A stretch of 56,928 nt of DNA, filler included, from Jimgerdemannia flammicorona (taxonomy: Eukaryota), in NCBI GenBank assembly GCA_003990765.1. It is 2 parts of 2 records of this genome, joined end to end, with 100 filler letters (N's around TTAATTAATTAA, not from the genome) between each part and the next. Parts side by side here need not be neighbours in the genome. Positions count along the whole stretch, not along the records: positions 1 to 28,415 come from RBNJ01000562.1; positions 28,516 to 56,928 come from RBNJ01000563.1. One strand, written 5' to 3'. Position 1 is the first letter of the stretch. The number at the start of each line of letters is the position of its first letter. Made by a program: the position numbers and the translations under genes. Positions 24,202 through 37,279 of this stretch are shown here, piece by piece. The notes under the pieces were generated by a model. It did not search any database. It was not told where the DNA came from and worked only from the letters and a program-made list of their open reading frames with translations.

Positions 24202-24875
24202 CTATATTAAAAGTACTCATACTTACTGTAGCTATGTTTAATATCTTGATATAGTATATATTTTTAGAGGATTATATATATTATAGCTACTTAGTACTAG
24301 TAGAGCTTATAACCTTTGTTGTAAATATAGAGTAGATATTAAAGAAAGAGAAAAGAAGAGTATGTTGTATTATTCTAGATAGTATATTAGAATTAGTAAT
24401 ATAATTAAAGATAATATAATTATATATAAGTTATATATAAACTATAAATTATCAAGATATAATAATTTTAATATATTAATTCTATCAGCATATAGTTTTA
24501 TTATAATTTGGTAGCAGTAGATATTACTTTCTACCTATAAGTAAACTCTTTTTAAGAATCTACTATAGAAAATCTAAACTAGTTAATATTGCCAACATTG
24601 TTAGCAATAGTCAGAAAGTATCTTCACTCTAGATACTTCTCAGACTCAAGCTGAAGAATCTAACAGAATTATCACTAAGTGGACCAAAACCCACACCAGC
24701 CAAGAGGAGTTTGATAAACTCAATAATAAAATTATCAAAGAAGTATTCAATACCTTTCTCACACTCAATAAAGAAGTCCCCTATACTATCAAACTTAAAG
24801 AGGAATTCAACAAGTTAATTAGCAGTCACTTTCACAAGAAACATACATAAGAATCCATTGAGGCTGCAAGTGAAC

Positions 24876-26066
24876 ATACCTTTCTCCACTACCTTACTGG
24901 TCACAAGGTTTGGTAGGCGACCTTCTGAGTCCCCTTTCCCCTAATATTACCCCCTCTACCTCGGGTTGGTTTGCTGTACCTGCAGGGGCATAGTGGGAGG
25001 AGGGCAATGGTGATGAGTTGCCCCTTTATCAGTGTCAGATCAGTGCTTCCTCTACTTTTTCGTGGATTCTGATGCCTTCAGCTGCATCTAGGGTGTATCC
25101 GTTTTGGTGCAGCACCTTCTTCCTTTTGCCATCGCCAACAAGGAGTTGTCTCGGTATGTCTCGGACTACGTAGGGAGTCGGCTGACCTTGGGTGTCAAGT
25201 GCTCAGTATAGGTTACCTACAGGTCCTCGGTACCTGTAGTGGAGCCCTCTGGCTTTGGCGAGCTTCCTAGTGAGCGCAGTTCTGGCATAGGTGACTGCTT
25301 TTCAGGTATTGTCAGGATGGGAGGGGAGATGGCCATCACAGATAGGCAGAAGGGCGATTACGGTGAACCAGTAGGGTGCTAGGCTGGGGGCGGTCATTGG
25401 GGCTGGGGCAGGTGCTGCTTCGGTGGGGCCTTTTGATTGGTGCGGCATAGTTAGGTGGTAGGTATCACTATCGGCTTCTTTTGGCAGTCAGCGGGGTTGG
25501 GCCCCAGTCATCAGGGGGGGTCAGGAGGCCTGAGGCTACCTATTTCAGGTGTCTTGGCTGCACTCAACTGAAACCAAGAGCTGACATGGTAATGTGATCA
25601 AGGCCCGCAGGCTTGAGTAGTGGGATATTGGGGGTTTCCTCCCGCCTCACGTATAAGTTCTTTACTCACCTCGACTGGGAGAACCAGGCCCTACCCACCA
25701 TGTTGTGCTTTGATGAGGGTTTTTTATTTGCCTGTCATTCTCTTTGGGGTGGCGGGGGCTATTCTATTTGGCTCAGGCATGGCCTTGTACATATGTTGGG
25801 TTCTCAGGCATGCACTTTCGGTTGTTGGCATATGGTTGGGTTTCCCCTGGTGGTAAGGAGAGCATGGTGCACAGAATGAGGTGCAGGCTTATTAGCCCTG
25901 CTGCACCTGGCATGGTTGAGCTGCTGGACAATAGCTAGCCTAGGTTAATGGGAGGGCAGTGCTTGGTGGGTGGTGGGGGAGGGTTTTGGCCTATATAGTC
26001 TAGGTTCCCTTCCAATAAAAATCCGTGGGACATGAGTCCATTAAACAAAAAAAAAAAAAAAAAAAA
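24876..26066 (+). mobile_element. 5'-truncated non-LTR retrotransposon (L1/Tx1-like 3' end) with poly(A) and 15-bp TSD
   Basis: AGGCTGCAAGTGAAC at 24861-24875 and 26067-26081; AATAAA then A-run ~26047-26067; decayed CLGC..ET..H and ALYICWVLRH resemble the ORF2 C-terminus. Confidence 0.85.
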
Positions 26067-26945
26067 AGGCTGCAAGTGAACCTCCTCTCTAATGATTGCT
26101 ATTAACACTTCTGTCAGGTATGATGGAATGGGATATGTTTGTATGTATATGTGATTGAGATGGGTTTCGCGCACAGTGCTGGTATGGGTCTTTTTAAGTG
26201 GATGACTAACATACAGGGCAAAGTTAGTTGGGGTCAAGTATACAATATAAGACAGAATAAAGTAATGTCCAAAAGACGAATGTTGATTATTGCATGGCTC
26301 TGACGCCATCGCTAATACACCGATCGATGTCATTTCCTGGCCAAGGAATTTGGCATCTTTCTTTTTGCTATATATATACCTCTGACAAAGGAATTGGCAC
26401 TTCAGTGTTCTGGCAGATGGTTGCCCACAAAAATTAACTCGAATGCAATGGTGGGCGAGGAGATTGTCATGATGCCTGACGAACGAAGGCACACGCTACT
26501 TCAAAGAGCCAGAACCCCGCCCCTAGGCTGAAGCCCAGCTGGGGCCATAGCAATCATTGAATCGTCGTGTAAAGAACGAACAGATAGATAAACTCACCCT
26601 CTGTCCTCTGACGAATGTTAAATATAAAATGCTCAGAATCTAAATGGATGTGCAAACATTCATCCCAGAAAAAAAAAAAAAACTCGCAACGGTGCTGTTC
26701 GCATTGAGTGAAGCTCGTTTATAGATGAGTCACTGGAACTCGCACATATCCCCTTCTCTGCCCAAATCATTCAAAAGCCCTTGCGTACAAAAAGATTTCA
26801 ATTCTCGGCGGCCGAAGCGATCCGTTCGCTGGAAGATCAAATCGCTCGAGATTCAGGTGGACGCAGGATTTTTGTGCACCTGTTCACCGCACAAAATGCC
26901 CTAAATGTAGATGTCTGTGCTGTTGCTAATCCCAATGCTCGTGTT

Positions 26946-26993
<48 letters not shown>

Positions 26994-27240
26994 TCCAGCT
27001 ATTCCGTCAATACTCTGTTAATAAAAATGGATTTATAATAGTCTAATATTTAATTATAGTATACCTGGTCCACCAGCTGGCTGCCGCGTGAAAAATTAGC
27101 CAAACGCGTCAACGCGTTGCCACATAAAAGTTTAGGCCAAACGCGTCAACTCTTCTAGGCTAGCTGCCACATAAAAAATTTAGACCAAACGCTACAGTGT
27201 CGTGGCTCTGAGTCAGGCTAAACTAAGAGCGTTAGTCTGA

Positions 27241-27323
27241 GTCTGTCTTGGGCGTTAGCCTGTCTTGGGCGTTAGTCTGTCTTGGGCGTTAGTCTGTCTT
27301 GGGCGTTAGTCTGTCTGGGCGTT
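27241..27323. repeat. 17-bp tandem repeat GGGCGTTAGTCTGTCTT, ~5 copies
   Basis: Units at 27250, 27267, 27284, 27301 plus partials. Confidence 0.95.
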
Positions 27324-27483
27324 TGTTTCAGGTGTCATACTTACTGGAGCTAGAACGTCACAACATTGCATTTAGCTCTACGCATTTTGTGCTTCGGCGA
27401 CATTTCTCTCTGTCAAATTATTATTATTTAAATTATTTAATGGGTTCCCTCGCTATATACTATGGCGATCGCGCTCTACTAAC

Positions 27484-28005
27484 CGTCGTCTCCATCCCCT
27501 ACCGTCGAATCCTTGCGCATGAATGGCGCTCGAACGCATGAATGGCGCTCGAATCCCTCGCTGTATGCAGGAATGGCGTCAGAATCATCACGCTCTACCA
27601 ACCCCTACGGTCGAATCCCTCGCTGTATGCAGGAATGGCGTCAGAATCATCACGCTCTACCAACCCCTACGGTCGAATCCCTCGCTGTATTACTGAAACG
27701 CAGGAATGGCGTCAGAATCATCACGCTCTACCAACCCCTACCGTCGAATCCCTCGCTGTATTCACTGAAACGCAGGAATGTCGTCAGAATCATCACGCTC
27801 TACCAACCCCTACCGTCGAATCCCTCGCTGTATTCACTGAAACGCAGGAATGTCGTCGAATCCCTCGCTGTATTCACTGAAACGCAGGAATGGCGTCAGA
27901 ATCATCACGCTCTACCAACCCCTACTGTCGAATCCCTCGCTGTATTCACTGAAACGCAGGAATGGCGTCAGAATCATCACGCTCTACCGTCGAATCCCTC
28001 GCTGA
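27484..28005. repeat. CpG-rich tandem array of 62-72-bp units (GCAGGAATGGCGTCAGAATCATCACGCTCTACCAACCCCTACCGTCGAATCCCTCGCTGTATTCACTGAAAC)
   Basis: Unit starts at 27567, 27629, 27700, 27772, 27844, 27884 and 27956; the 27844 unit is shortened to 40 bp. Confidence 0.95.
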
Positions 28006-28029
28006 ATCCACTGCTATATATACCCCCCC

Positions 28030-28295
28030 ATTCTTCCTTCGCTTTCTTCATCCTTTCTTCACCTCATCGTTTCTTCACTTCCTCCATCCCTTCACTCCCT
28101 CCCTTCACTCCCTCCCTTCACTCCCTCCCTTCGACCCTTCACTCTCTCACTCCCTTCGTCCCTTCTTCACTCCCTCACTCCCGTCGTCCCTAACTCCCTC
28201 CATCCCTTCTTCACTCCCTCCATCCCTTCAACCCCTTCATCCTTTTCGTCGTTTATACCCATCCTCTCTTTCGTCGTCGTCGTCGTCATCGTCGT
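28030..28295. repeat. Pyrimidine-rich low-complexity tract (CTTCACTCCCTCC-like) and (GTC)n
   Basis: Directly visible. Confidence 0.9.
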
Positions 28296-28415
28296 TACCA
28301 TTTAAAAGTTGAGTATAATGTCCTATTTGTTGCACACAAGAAAGCTTACTTATTTCGAAAGACGAACTTCCCTTCGGGGGTACCTCGGCCTAAATGTCCG
28401 TAGATGATGCCTTGG

Positions 28416-28515
28416 NNNNNNNNNNNNNNNNNNNNNNNNNNNNNNNNNNNNNNNNNNNNTTAATTAATTAANNNNNNNNNNNNNNNNNNNNNNNNNNNNN
28501 NNNNNNNNNNNNNNN
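28416..28515. other. Artificial assembly spacer 44N-TTAATTAATTAA-44N
   Basis: Exactly 100 bp with a central six-frame stop linker at 28460-28471. Confidence 0.97.
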
Positions 28516-28681
28516 AATAAATTTAATATTTTTAAATATCTCTAATATAAAACTATAATATATTATAATATAAAATATATTTATTTAGAGTATTTTTATT
28601 TAAATAATTAAAATATAAAATTTAATAAAACATTGGTTCAGTTTTGGAACATACTGTACATCGAGGTTATGAGGTAAGTTT

Positions 28682-28777
28682 GAAGCAGATATCAATGCCA
28701 AAGACAATGATAAATCAATGCTGTTGTTGATTGCTATGCAAATTGGTCACATCAATATTGTGAGGTTACTTGTAGTG
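28682..28777 (+). pseudogene. Decayed ankyrin repeat fragment
   Basis: EADINAKDNDKSMLLLIAMQIGHINIVRLLV fits the ankyrin consensus (TPL changed to MLL by C-to-T). Confidence 0.7.
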
Positions 28778-29827
28778 ATAGAAGTGCACTATTTGACCTC
28801 TCAATGGTCTATATCAGCCTGAACACTATCTGCTCAGTTGTGATTAATCCTGCCCATATGGGGCTTTATAATTTAAAATTTAAAAAATAATTTAGATATA
28901 CCTGAGTCTTCCACCAATAATCACTCCAATGTATTTCAGAATAAAGGTACTTTCCATTTGAACAAAATCTTTTTTCAGATACATAAATCATATCATCTTT
29001 AAAGAGAGGATTGCAAAAGAGGCTCTGGATAACCTCTAAAGGGTTTCTGTAATAGAGAGTATACTCTGCAGCCCATGTTTCATGATTTTAGAGAAGTGTA
29101 ATCTTTTTGCTAAAGAATTGCTGTAAAATAATTATATATATTCAAATTAATATGAATATGTCTCACTGCTAAATCCTTGTCAAAAGAGCTCAATAAAGTC
29201 ATTTTTCAGTATTTAAATAATACATACCAGTATATAGGTTACATTGTCTGCCTTTGCTAATATCTGCCATGATCTCAAGACATCCAGACCCTCTATAGCC
29301 ACATGACATTTCCTGATGGCATCCATAAATTCATCAGCTACTCCAATTGATATCTTTGCTTTGAAGAATAAGAAATTTGATAACCAAAGCTCATTCTCAC
29401 TAGCCCAGGGATAATATGGATTACTATAGAGTTAGTGGTTCTGTTCTTGAATTGTAAAAATGGTAGAGCTTTCTCCTTGAATATCATATATATGTCCAGC
29501 ATTAGGGTGAGAAAGAGTGTCTGCAAACTGAAGTATCTCAGAAAGTTGATCAGATTATTATAGATTTCAACTAAATTATCACTATTATCAATATTATCCA
29601 CCTCTTCACCAAATGATAGCCCAGACTCAGACTCAGACTCAGACTCATCACTGAAATATACTGGTAATTCTCCAAGAGATTGGCTGGTCAAAATGTCATT
29701 GTCCATCACAGTATCTTCCAGTACTTTTATGATATATGTTGGTTAGATATAATGGAAATAGTGGTATACTAGAAATAGGATACATATGTTAATGATGTTG
29801 TATCAATCCACCTTGAGACATGAATAC

Positions 29828-31294
29828 TGTAACATATCTGGCTCAATGGAGGCAAATTACAATGTTCAGGGTAGGTGTAGTTTGGCTTGAGCCCCCAGTT
29901 TCTTTGTTAAAAGCAACAAAATATTCTTGGTATTTAGTGATATAATAGTTAAAGCTAGATATCTGCAAGTGATTTGTATGTTGATTTCCTAATTGGGATG
30001 GTTCTCTGGATGTAGCAGTGATTTGTATATCTTTTCTTCTTGGGTCAACTGGGAATTGGTGGAATTTCATATATAGCATGACAGATTCCTTATATATGAT
30101 AATCTGGCAATTTAGCAGTTTCCTTCTTAGATGATGGTGATCTTCAAAAATATGCAATTTCTGGGTGATGGTCTTGATGTGATAATCTCTGTATAGTATA
30201 GTGATCTCTGTATAGTATGACAATTTCCAAAAGTATGTGATTTCTGGCAGATAACTCAATTTGGCACAGCTTCTTCTCACTGGGAATTATACTGATAGCA
30301 GATTCTTCTATATTGGCTCACTGGAAACAAATGAATAACTTAGTGGCAAGTAACTTAGATAACTCAAATATTATGGATTTTTCCTGAATCAGTGGGCTTC
30401 TGGAAATAATAACTCAGGTGGTGCAGATTCTTTCTAAATCAGCAGTTTTAACTGAGAATGCAGATAACTTGAAAATGGCAGATGATATGGATTCTTCTGA
30501 ATCAGTGACTTTCTGGAAAATAGCTCAGATGGTGCAGATTCTTCTTGAATCAGCAGACTTCTTCTTGAAGACAGCAGCTTCAACTGGTAATTAACTGGTG
30601 GCTTTGGAAAAGAGTCTCTTGGCAAAGTTGTATCAAAGACTGGCTTTGTATGTGCAAATGGATTACTGTAAAGTTGTGTCAGAAACTGGCTTCATTTGTG
30701 TAAATGGATCACTGTGAAGTTATGTTAGAAACTGGCTTGAGCAAGGTAGCTTTCACTTAGACTTTCTGGGAATATAGTGAATAACTTGAAAATGACAGCA
30801 AAGTTCTTTCTTGAACTTGGTGGCAAACTTCAGGCTTATCTGGCAAGTGAACCAAAAATGTAACAAATTCTTCTTTGTATCAAAAAGTAGACTAGAGTGA
30901 AAAGGAATGCTTTGCTCACAATCTCCTAGCAGTGGCTCTAGAGTTTCTCTCGAAGTATAGTAGGCAGACTTGACTTTTGCTTTGAATTCAATTCGGACTG
31001 AGGTTTATTCACTCTTGTCTCTGGGGTAATTTATACAATTGTGGTTGCTTTAGATTACTACATTGCTAATTATAGATTACTATCTATGGCAAGTATGCAG
31101 GTCTTGTATAGGTGTGCAGGTCTTACACGGATGTGCAGGTCTTGCACAGGTATGCAGGACTTGCACAGATATATCTTATCTGGTAGTCTGGCTATTTATA
31201 CAGCTTTCCACAGCAATGGTTGCTGGTTACTATGCTATGTATTTATATCATCTGGCTAAGTTATAATTCAGGTGGTATGTTTTGATTTGTTACA
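29828..31294 (-). repeat. 3' LTR of Gypsy-2 (~1.47 kb), with internal 19-bp and AAGAATCTGC-type repeats
   Basis: Direct repeat of 38895-40196 with indels. Confidence 0.9.
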
Positions 31295-31334
31295 TCAGCC
31301 CTCACTAAAGAATGGTCTGTCCTCAGGCTATCCT

Positions 31335-31913
31335 TTAGTCATTATCTCAGTGTAGATAAGCATCTTCTGCATCAATACCTGTTCCATTATCTTCATCATC
31401 TGTACCATGGTTACTCTATTCCAGGGGTTCTTCTTCTTCTTCTGAAAATAGGATTTCGATAGCATTGATGATGCTCAGGTAGGTGGCCAAGTTCATTCTT
31501 TGCATATCCCACCAGGAGAATTGTACTTATAACAAGGCTGCAGGATTATATTTGTAAAGAGTATAGAGTCTGTCTATAGCAGTGATATCTCTTCTTGATA
31601 GTCCTATAGTGCTTTGGATATATGTTTATTCTGGGACTGGGAGGTTCCACAATTGTTCTCCAATTACATAGTGGGCCTGAAGTTGGTGGATCTGTAGCAA
31701 TCATCTGGCCAGGACAAGATTCTCTTGATGAATCTGAATTTTTTGGAGGGTAGTCCCATTGATTTCTCGAAATTGGAGTAGAGGAACTAGCAGTGATTGA
31801 AATGAGCTAAGGACAAGAGTCTGGAGGTAGTTGTCAACTCTCTGATTCATGATGTAGGGGAAGATATATCTTGAGGTAATTTATGTATACTGGTGTCTTC
31901 AAAGTTCATCCAT
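31335..31913 (-). pseudogene. Accessory ORF3 of Gypsy-2 (193 codons, in-frame stops)
   Basis: Manual translation in a single frame: MDEL*RH...LQAHYVIGEQLWNLP...GLSRRDITAIDRLYTLYKYNPAALL*VQFSWWD...EEEEP; the stops look like single transitions from CGA/CAA/TGG. Confidence 0.75.
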
Positions 31914-31919
31914 CCATGC

Positions 31920-34900
31920 TTTTTAAATAGATGCTGGTTCCTCTGATATTGTATATAAGATAAGGTCCTTCCCATTTGGGTTCCAATTTGGCAGCAAAAT
32001 TTGTTTCAATCATGCTTCTCCAAACTAGTACTTGATCTCCAATCTTGATCTTCTGATCCTTCTGTTTCTGGTTATAATACTTCTTTTGTCTTTCTTGGGC
32101 TTTGATAATCTGACCTCAGGCTTGACTATGCAACTGTTCTGCCTTCTTGAGGAGGTCTCTGGGATTCTCATGGTCAGCAGTTCTGATTTTCTTAACAAAC
32201 ATCATTTCGAATGGCTTTTGTTTAGTAGAGGCAGTAGGAATGTTCCAAATTTCCCATAGGATCTCAGGTAGGCAGAGATCCTAATTGATAGGATTGACTT
32301 GGGCAAGTCTTTTCTTGATGGTCTGGTTCATTCTTTCTATCATGCCATTGGTCTGAGAGTGGTATGATGTAGTCTGTTTGAGGTGGATATTGTGAATTTG
32401 GACATAACTTGTGATTATATTGTTGATGAATTCTGTGCCTCAGTCAGAGATGAGTTCTTCTGGGAGTCCATATCTGAGTGTGAGTCCATAGAGAAGGTCT
32501 ACAATGGTTAAGGCATCTGCACTTTCCATTGGGAAAGCCTTGGGCCACTTGGTCAGATATTCTATAAATACAAGAATATATTTGTTTCTTCTTAGTGTAA
32601 CTGGTAGAGGTCCAATTACATCTATTTCCCATCTCTGAAAGATGTTGTCTGGTGGTGTGATTAGTTGTAATGATGCTTGATAGTTCTTCCTTCCTTAGTA
32701 CTTCTGGCAGATGTCATATTTCTTGAGTATGTCCCAGACTTGTATTCTGAGGTTGGGCTAATGTTGGTATGTTGTTTGCAGCTTCTCTTCTATATTTGCC
32801 TATCCCTGGTAGGCTTTCTGATGTTCTTTTTGGATGAGATCTTCTTGTGCCTTAATAGTCTAAGGAGCTTCCTTTAGGGTGTAGTTCCTTGGGACACCCT
32901 TCTTCTAGTTTATTAGGGCTGGCAGGAAAGTACATCAACATTGTTGTGAGCTTTTCCTGCTTTGTTGATGATAGTAATTTTGTAATCCTGAAGGATAAGG
33001 ATCCAGTGAGCTAGGATTCTGGTGGGTTCCTTGTGATTGAATAGTCATTTGAGGGCTATATGGTCTGTGATCAGAGTGAACCTTTTTCTGATGAGATAAT
33101 GCTTGAACAGAGTGACCACCTATATGACTGTAAGGCATTCCAGTTTAGTGCTACCATAGATCATCTGCTACTGATTGGTAGCTCTGCTTATATAAGTTAT
33201 CACATGGTATTATTGATTAGGTTCTTCTTGGGCTAGAACTGCTCTGAGGCCATCTTTATAAGTATCTGTATATAAGATAAATGGCTTCTGTATATTGGGG
33301 TGCACAAGGATTGGTACTGTAGTCATGTAGTTCTTGAGTTCTTTGAAGGCTTTTTCTTGTGATTCTGTCCATTTGAATGGCACTCCTTTCTTGAGAAGGA
33401 TTCAGATTGGAGTAGCAATTTGGATAAAATCCTTGATAAACCTTCTGTAGTAGGATACCAGTATCAGAAATGATAATATTTCCTTCAGGGTCTTGGGTAC
33501 TGGCCAATTGTTGATCTTTTCAGTTTTCTTTGGGTATATGAGTTCCTTCTTTTGAAACTATAAATCCAAGGAATTTGAGTTTCTGTTTTCCAAAGTAGTA
33601 TTTCTTTGCATTCAGTCTCAAGTGGTTCTTGTAGGTGAGCTTGAAGAATTCCTCTAGGTGGTGCAGGTGTTCTTTGAAATTTACTGAATAGATGTTGGAA
33701 TCGTCCATATATACAATTAGGCAGTAGTGGATCAAGGGGGTATAGACTGAATTCATCATCCTCTTAAAGGTGTGGGGTGCATTGCAAAGTCCAAAGAGTA
33801 TTCAGAGGTATTCAAACAATTTTCCTAGAGTGAGGAAGGCTGTCTTTTGAATGTCTTTGGAGTCTATGAGGATCTCATGGAATCCTGTTAAGAGGTCCAT
33901 ACTGCTGAAGTATCTGGTAACTTGTAACTGATCCAAAAGGTCATCAATTCTGGGCAAAGGATAGGCATCCTTTTTGGTGACTGAATTGAGTTTTCTGTAA
34001 TCCACACAGAGTCTCCATCCTCCTTTCTTTGGTACAATATGTATAGGGCTGGCCTAGAGGCTGGTAGAGGGTCGGATGACTCCATTGTCTAAGAGTTCTT
34101 GAATGTGGTCCTTTTCAAATATTTTCAAGTGATGGGGTATTCTATTAGATTTCTACCAGATGGGTGTTACATTTCCTGTATTTATGCTGTAGTAATATGA
34201 TGGGTTATATTGCAGATTGCCATAATCAGTAGTGAAGATATCTTGATATTTATTGAGAAGTTCTACTAGTTGTTACTGTTGTGGAGGTGTCAGTTCTTCT
34301 CCAATATTGGTGGAAGGCTTCACTGTCTCCTGGGTTACAGAGGGGCCTTTCCTTTCTTCTGGGACCTTTTGCTGTTTCCTGATAAGTTTAGTTCATAAAC
34401 TTCTCTATGAGTTTGACTGAGAAAAGGCACCAGATATCCTATAATGATTCCTTTCAGTAAGATAATAGTTTCCCAACTTTGGTTGGTTGCTCCAGAGTGT
34501 ACTGGATTTATCTTGTCAGAGAATGTGTGTCTCTCTATGTCTAGGTGGGGGATATCTTCCTTGGGTTCAAAGAAAAGGTTTCTGGGGTCAGGTGGTGCAA
34601 AGATTTCGAAAGTAGTTTGTTCTCCAGGCTCTAGGATGAGATTCTTGTACAGTTTGACTGGTTGGTAGTACACCTGCTGGGAGACATTCCTTTTGAGGTG
34701 GTTGACTTGAAGGAGATATACTTCCTTCTTATCTGAACTTCCAAATCCTTTGGCTTGTCTTGTCCCTTTAGTCAATTTGGAGACTTCTTATAATTGTGGA
34801 GTTCTGACCTTCAGGAAGACTGCTTGGGCAATCTTTTGTCCTCTAATATTTGGTACTATTCTGTACTACTATTGTGTAGAATGACCTTGATTTCACCTAT

Positions 34901-37100
34901 ATATCTTGGGTCAATTGTTCCTTCTTCTACAGTTATTCCTTGTCTAGCAAGTCCAGACCTTGAGGTCAGTTGGATGTAAGCTCCATGGAGTGGCTGTATG
35001 GCTAATCCAGTTCTAATCATAAAGGTTTTTCCAGGTTTGATAGATTCATCCTCCAGACTGTAAAGATCATATCCTACATTCTCTAGATGGGCTTTGGTCA
35101 GGGGTTTCACCTTGGGATGCAGCAGGGTATACTGGGCAATATCCTTACTGAGTTTGGGCTGACCTGAGGCTGAAGCTCCACTAGCAGAGAGCCTCTAAGC
35201 TCTAAGGTTGAGGTGTGGCCATCTGGCTCCAGTAGAGGGGTCTCAGAGATAGTTGATTCCTCTTCTTCCTGTAGGGTCTAGGGCTTCCATGAAGTTGGTG
35301 GCATCTTCTACCCATCCTTGGTGGGTTACATGTCTGATGAGAGCTAGGATGTCTTCTCCTAAATCATAGATCTTAAGAGTCCTTCTTTTGGGCTTTTTGG
35401 CTGGGCTTTTTCAGATCTGGCATTGGTTATCCCCTCTCTTCAAAGTGTAGATTGCAACATCATGACTGAGATTAATCTTCTGATACCTGCAGTCTTGGCA
35501 GTCTGAGTGTCTCCCATGATTACATTATCCCATTGCTTGGAAATGATGTTCCTGGTTATTGATCTCTTGTTGTCTTGGGAATCAGTATCCATCTTGATCA
35601 TAAGTTGGTAGAAGGATAGACAAGGGGTATACTTCTGTCTGGGTGAAGAGGCCTTATCCTCTGAATCAACTTTGCAACTTGGTAGTAACTTCTTGGAAGG
35701 TAGTTGACTGTATAACTATGTTTGGGGGTTCTGGTCTCTGGGGTATCTATCTCTCCTGTTGGTCTAGTAGGTGGCACTGATAGCAGTAGTCTTGGGGAGA
35801 GTGGAAGATCATTTGGTATGGACATCTTTCTAGCTAAAAGGCCTTCTCCTGGTGAGTTTCTTTCTTGGGAATAATGGTGATTATGCTGAGTCCTTCTTCC
35901 ATATTCCAAGGGTCATTGTCTTCAGGTGGTGTCTAGCAAGGGTCATCCCAGGAAATGAGTTCAGGGACTTCTTCCTCTTCAGGTACTTCTTGTTCAGGAA
36001 CTTCTTGGTCAAGAACTTCTTGGTCAGAAACATCTTCTTCCTCAGATGATTCTTGTCTCCAAATTGCTTGCACTTCTGCAGCTTTAGCTACAGGTGTTTC
36101 TGGAGTATGTATGCATTTATTCTTCTTCTTTCTGAACTCAGAGCAGGCTGTACCAGGCAAATTCCTTTTCCCAATAATCTTGGAGGAGTCCTCAGGGCAC
36201 TTGTATCTCTTGAGGCAGGTGGGGCATCCTTTGATTTCTCCTGCAATGGCTCTGATGGTAATAGGGATAGTGTTCTTGACCCATATATTGTCTTCTGGTC
36301 TATCATCTATTAGGTTAATTCAGGGGTTGAGTCTGGGATCATTTCTATCTTCAGATTCTTCTTCCTCCTCTGTGGTATACTCTTCACTACTGACATATTC
36401 TTCCTGAATAATGACCTTTTTTTTCTTCTTCAATTTCTCATAGCTAGTCACCTTAACTCTATACTTTTTGCCTCAATAGTCAAACTTGTGTACCTGTTGA
36501 CTGATGTCAACAACTGCATTCATTTCCTTCATCCAGTTGGTGCTAAGAATCATATCATAGATGACAGCTTCAGTGACAACAGCTTTTGAGATCAAGAACT
36601 GAATGTGTCTAAGAGAGAGAGTGATATTTCATACTTCTCCAAGGGGTTGAGTTTGGGCTCCATCTGCTACTATAATACTGAGATTGGATGGTCTATCAAT
36701 GGGTCATTGGAAGGTGTCCAGGAACTATTTGGCAATGACAAAGACAGCTACTCCTATGTCTATGAGGATTTTCACCTTTTGTCCTCTAATATCTCCATGT
36801 AGATAGATACTGACATGTCTTTTAGCTGCTTGGACAGGGATGGAAGCTGGTTCTTGCTGTGGGATTGGAACTCAGCCAGTGCTAGACCTGGTTGTTCTTA
36901 ACAATTTGTTTCAAACTCCAGCTGGTATCAGTTGCAGGAACTGTAGGAGAGGGACTTCCATCTTGGCTTCTTGAATCTTCTGCCAGGCTTCATTGTAAAT
37001 ATCTCTAGGTATAGTCTTTGGAGTGTACTTCTTCTTGGGCTTTGAAGTAGCAGATTCCCATTCTTTTTGTTCCATTTCTTCATCTTCTAGTAACAACTCA
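31920..37100 (-). pseudogene. pol: pol and integrase of Gypsy-2
   Basis: Protease LIDIG (decayed DTG), dUTPase 34733-35145 (VGYDL, RSG, GTIDPRYIG, IAQ, KGFGSS), RT DYRKLN / YPLPRIDD / YMDD, RH LECL / TDHIAL, IN IDVIGPL and WEGPY. Confidence 0.9.
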
Positions 37101-37279
37101 TTTGTCTCAGGAACAAAAGGTGAGGGGGTTTGGGGAGGTGTTTCTACCTACTCTTCTTCATGTTCTTTATCTTCTTTTTAGATGATTCTTCTGCTGATAT
37201 TCCTGGATGGCCTTCCTACAGATCTCTTCCTTTTCTCTGCTGAGTAGACTGTTTTTAAGGTAGTAACCTTAGTAGGGTA

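Noticed and set aside
25935..26492. 185-aa minus-strand ORF
   Set aside because: Crosses the LINE poly(A)/TSD junction (poly-F run) and has no motif
26140..27040. CpG-normal unique sequence with possible minus-strand splice donors
   Set aside because: No coherent exon chain or recognisable protein could be built
27241..27323. Telomeric repeat
   Set aside because: Only ~5 internal copies, not at the contig end, and no TTAGGG array
27513..28312. ORFs of 112-226 aa
   Set aside because: Translations of tandem repeats and a C/T tract, open in several frames, with no domain signal
29843..30625. Short ORFs inside the family-2 LTRs
   Set aside because: Derived from internal LTR repeats; frames differ among the four LTR copies
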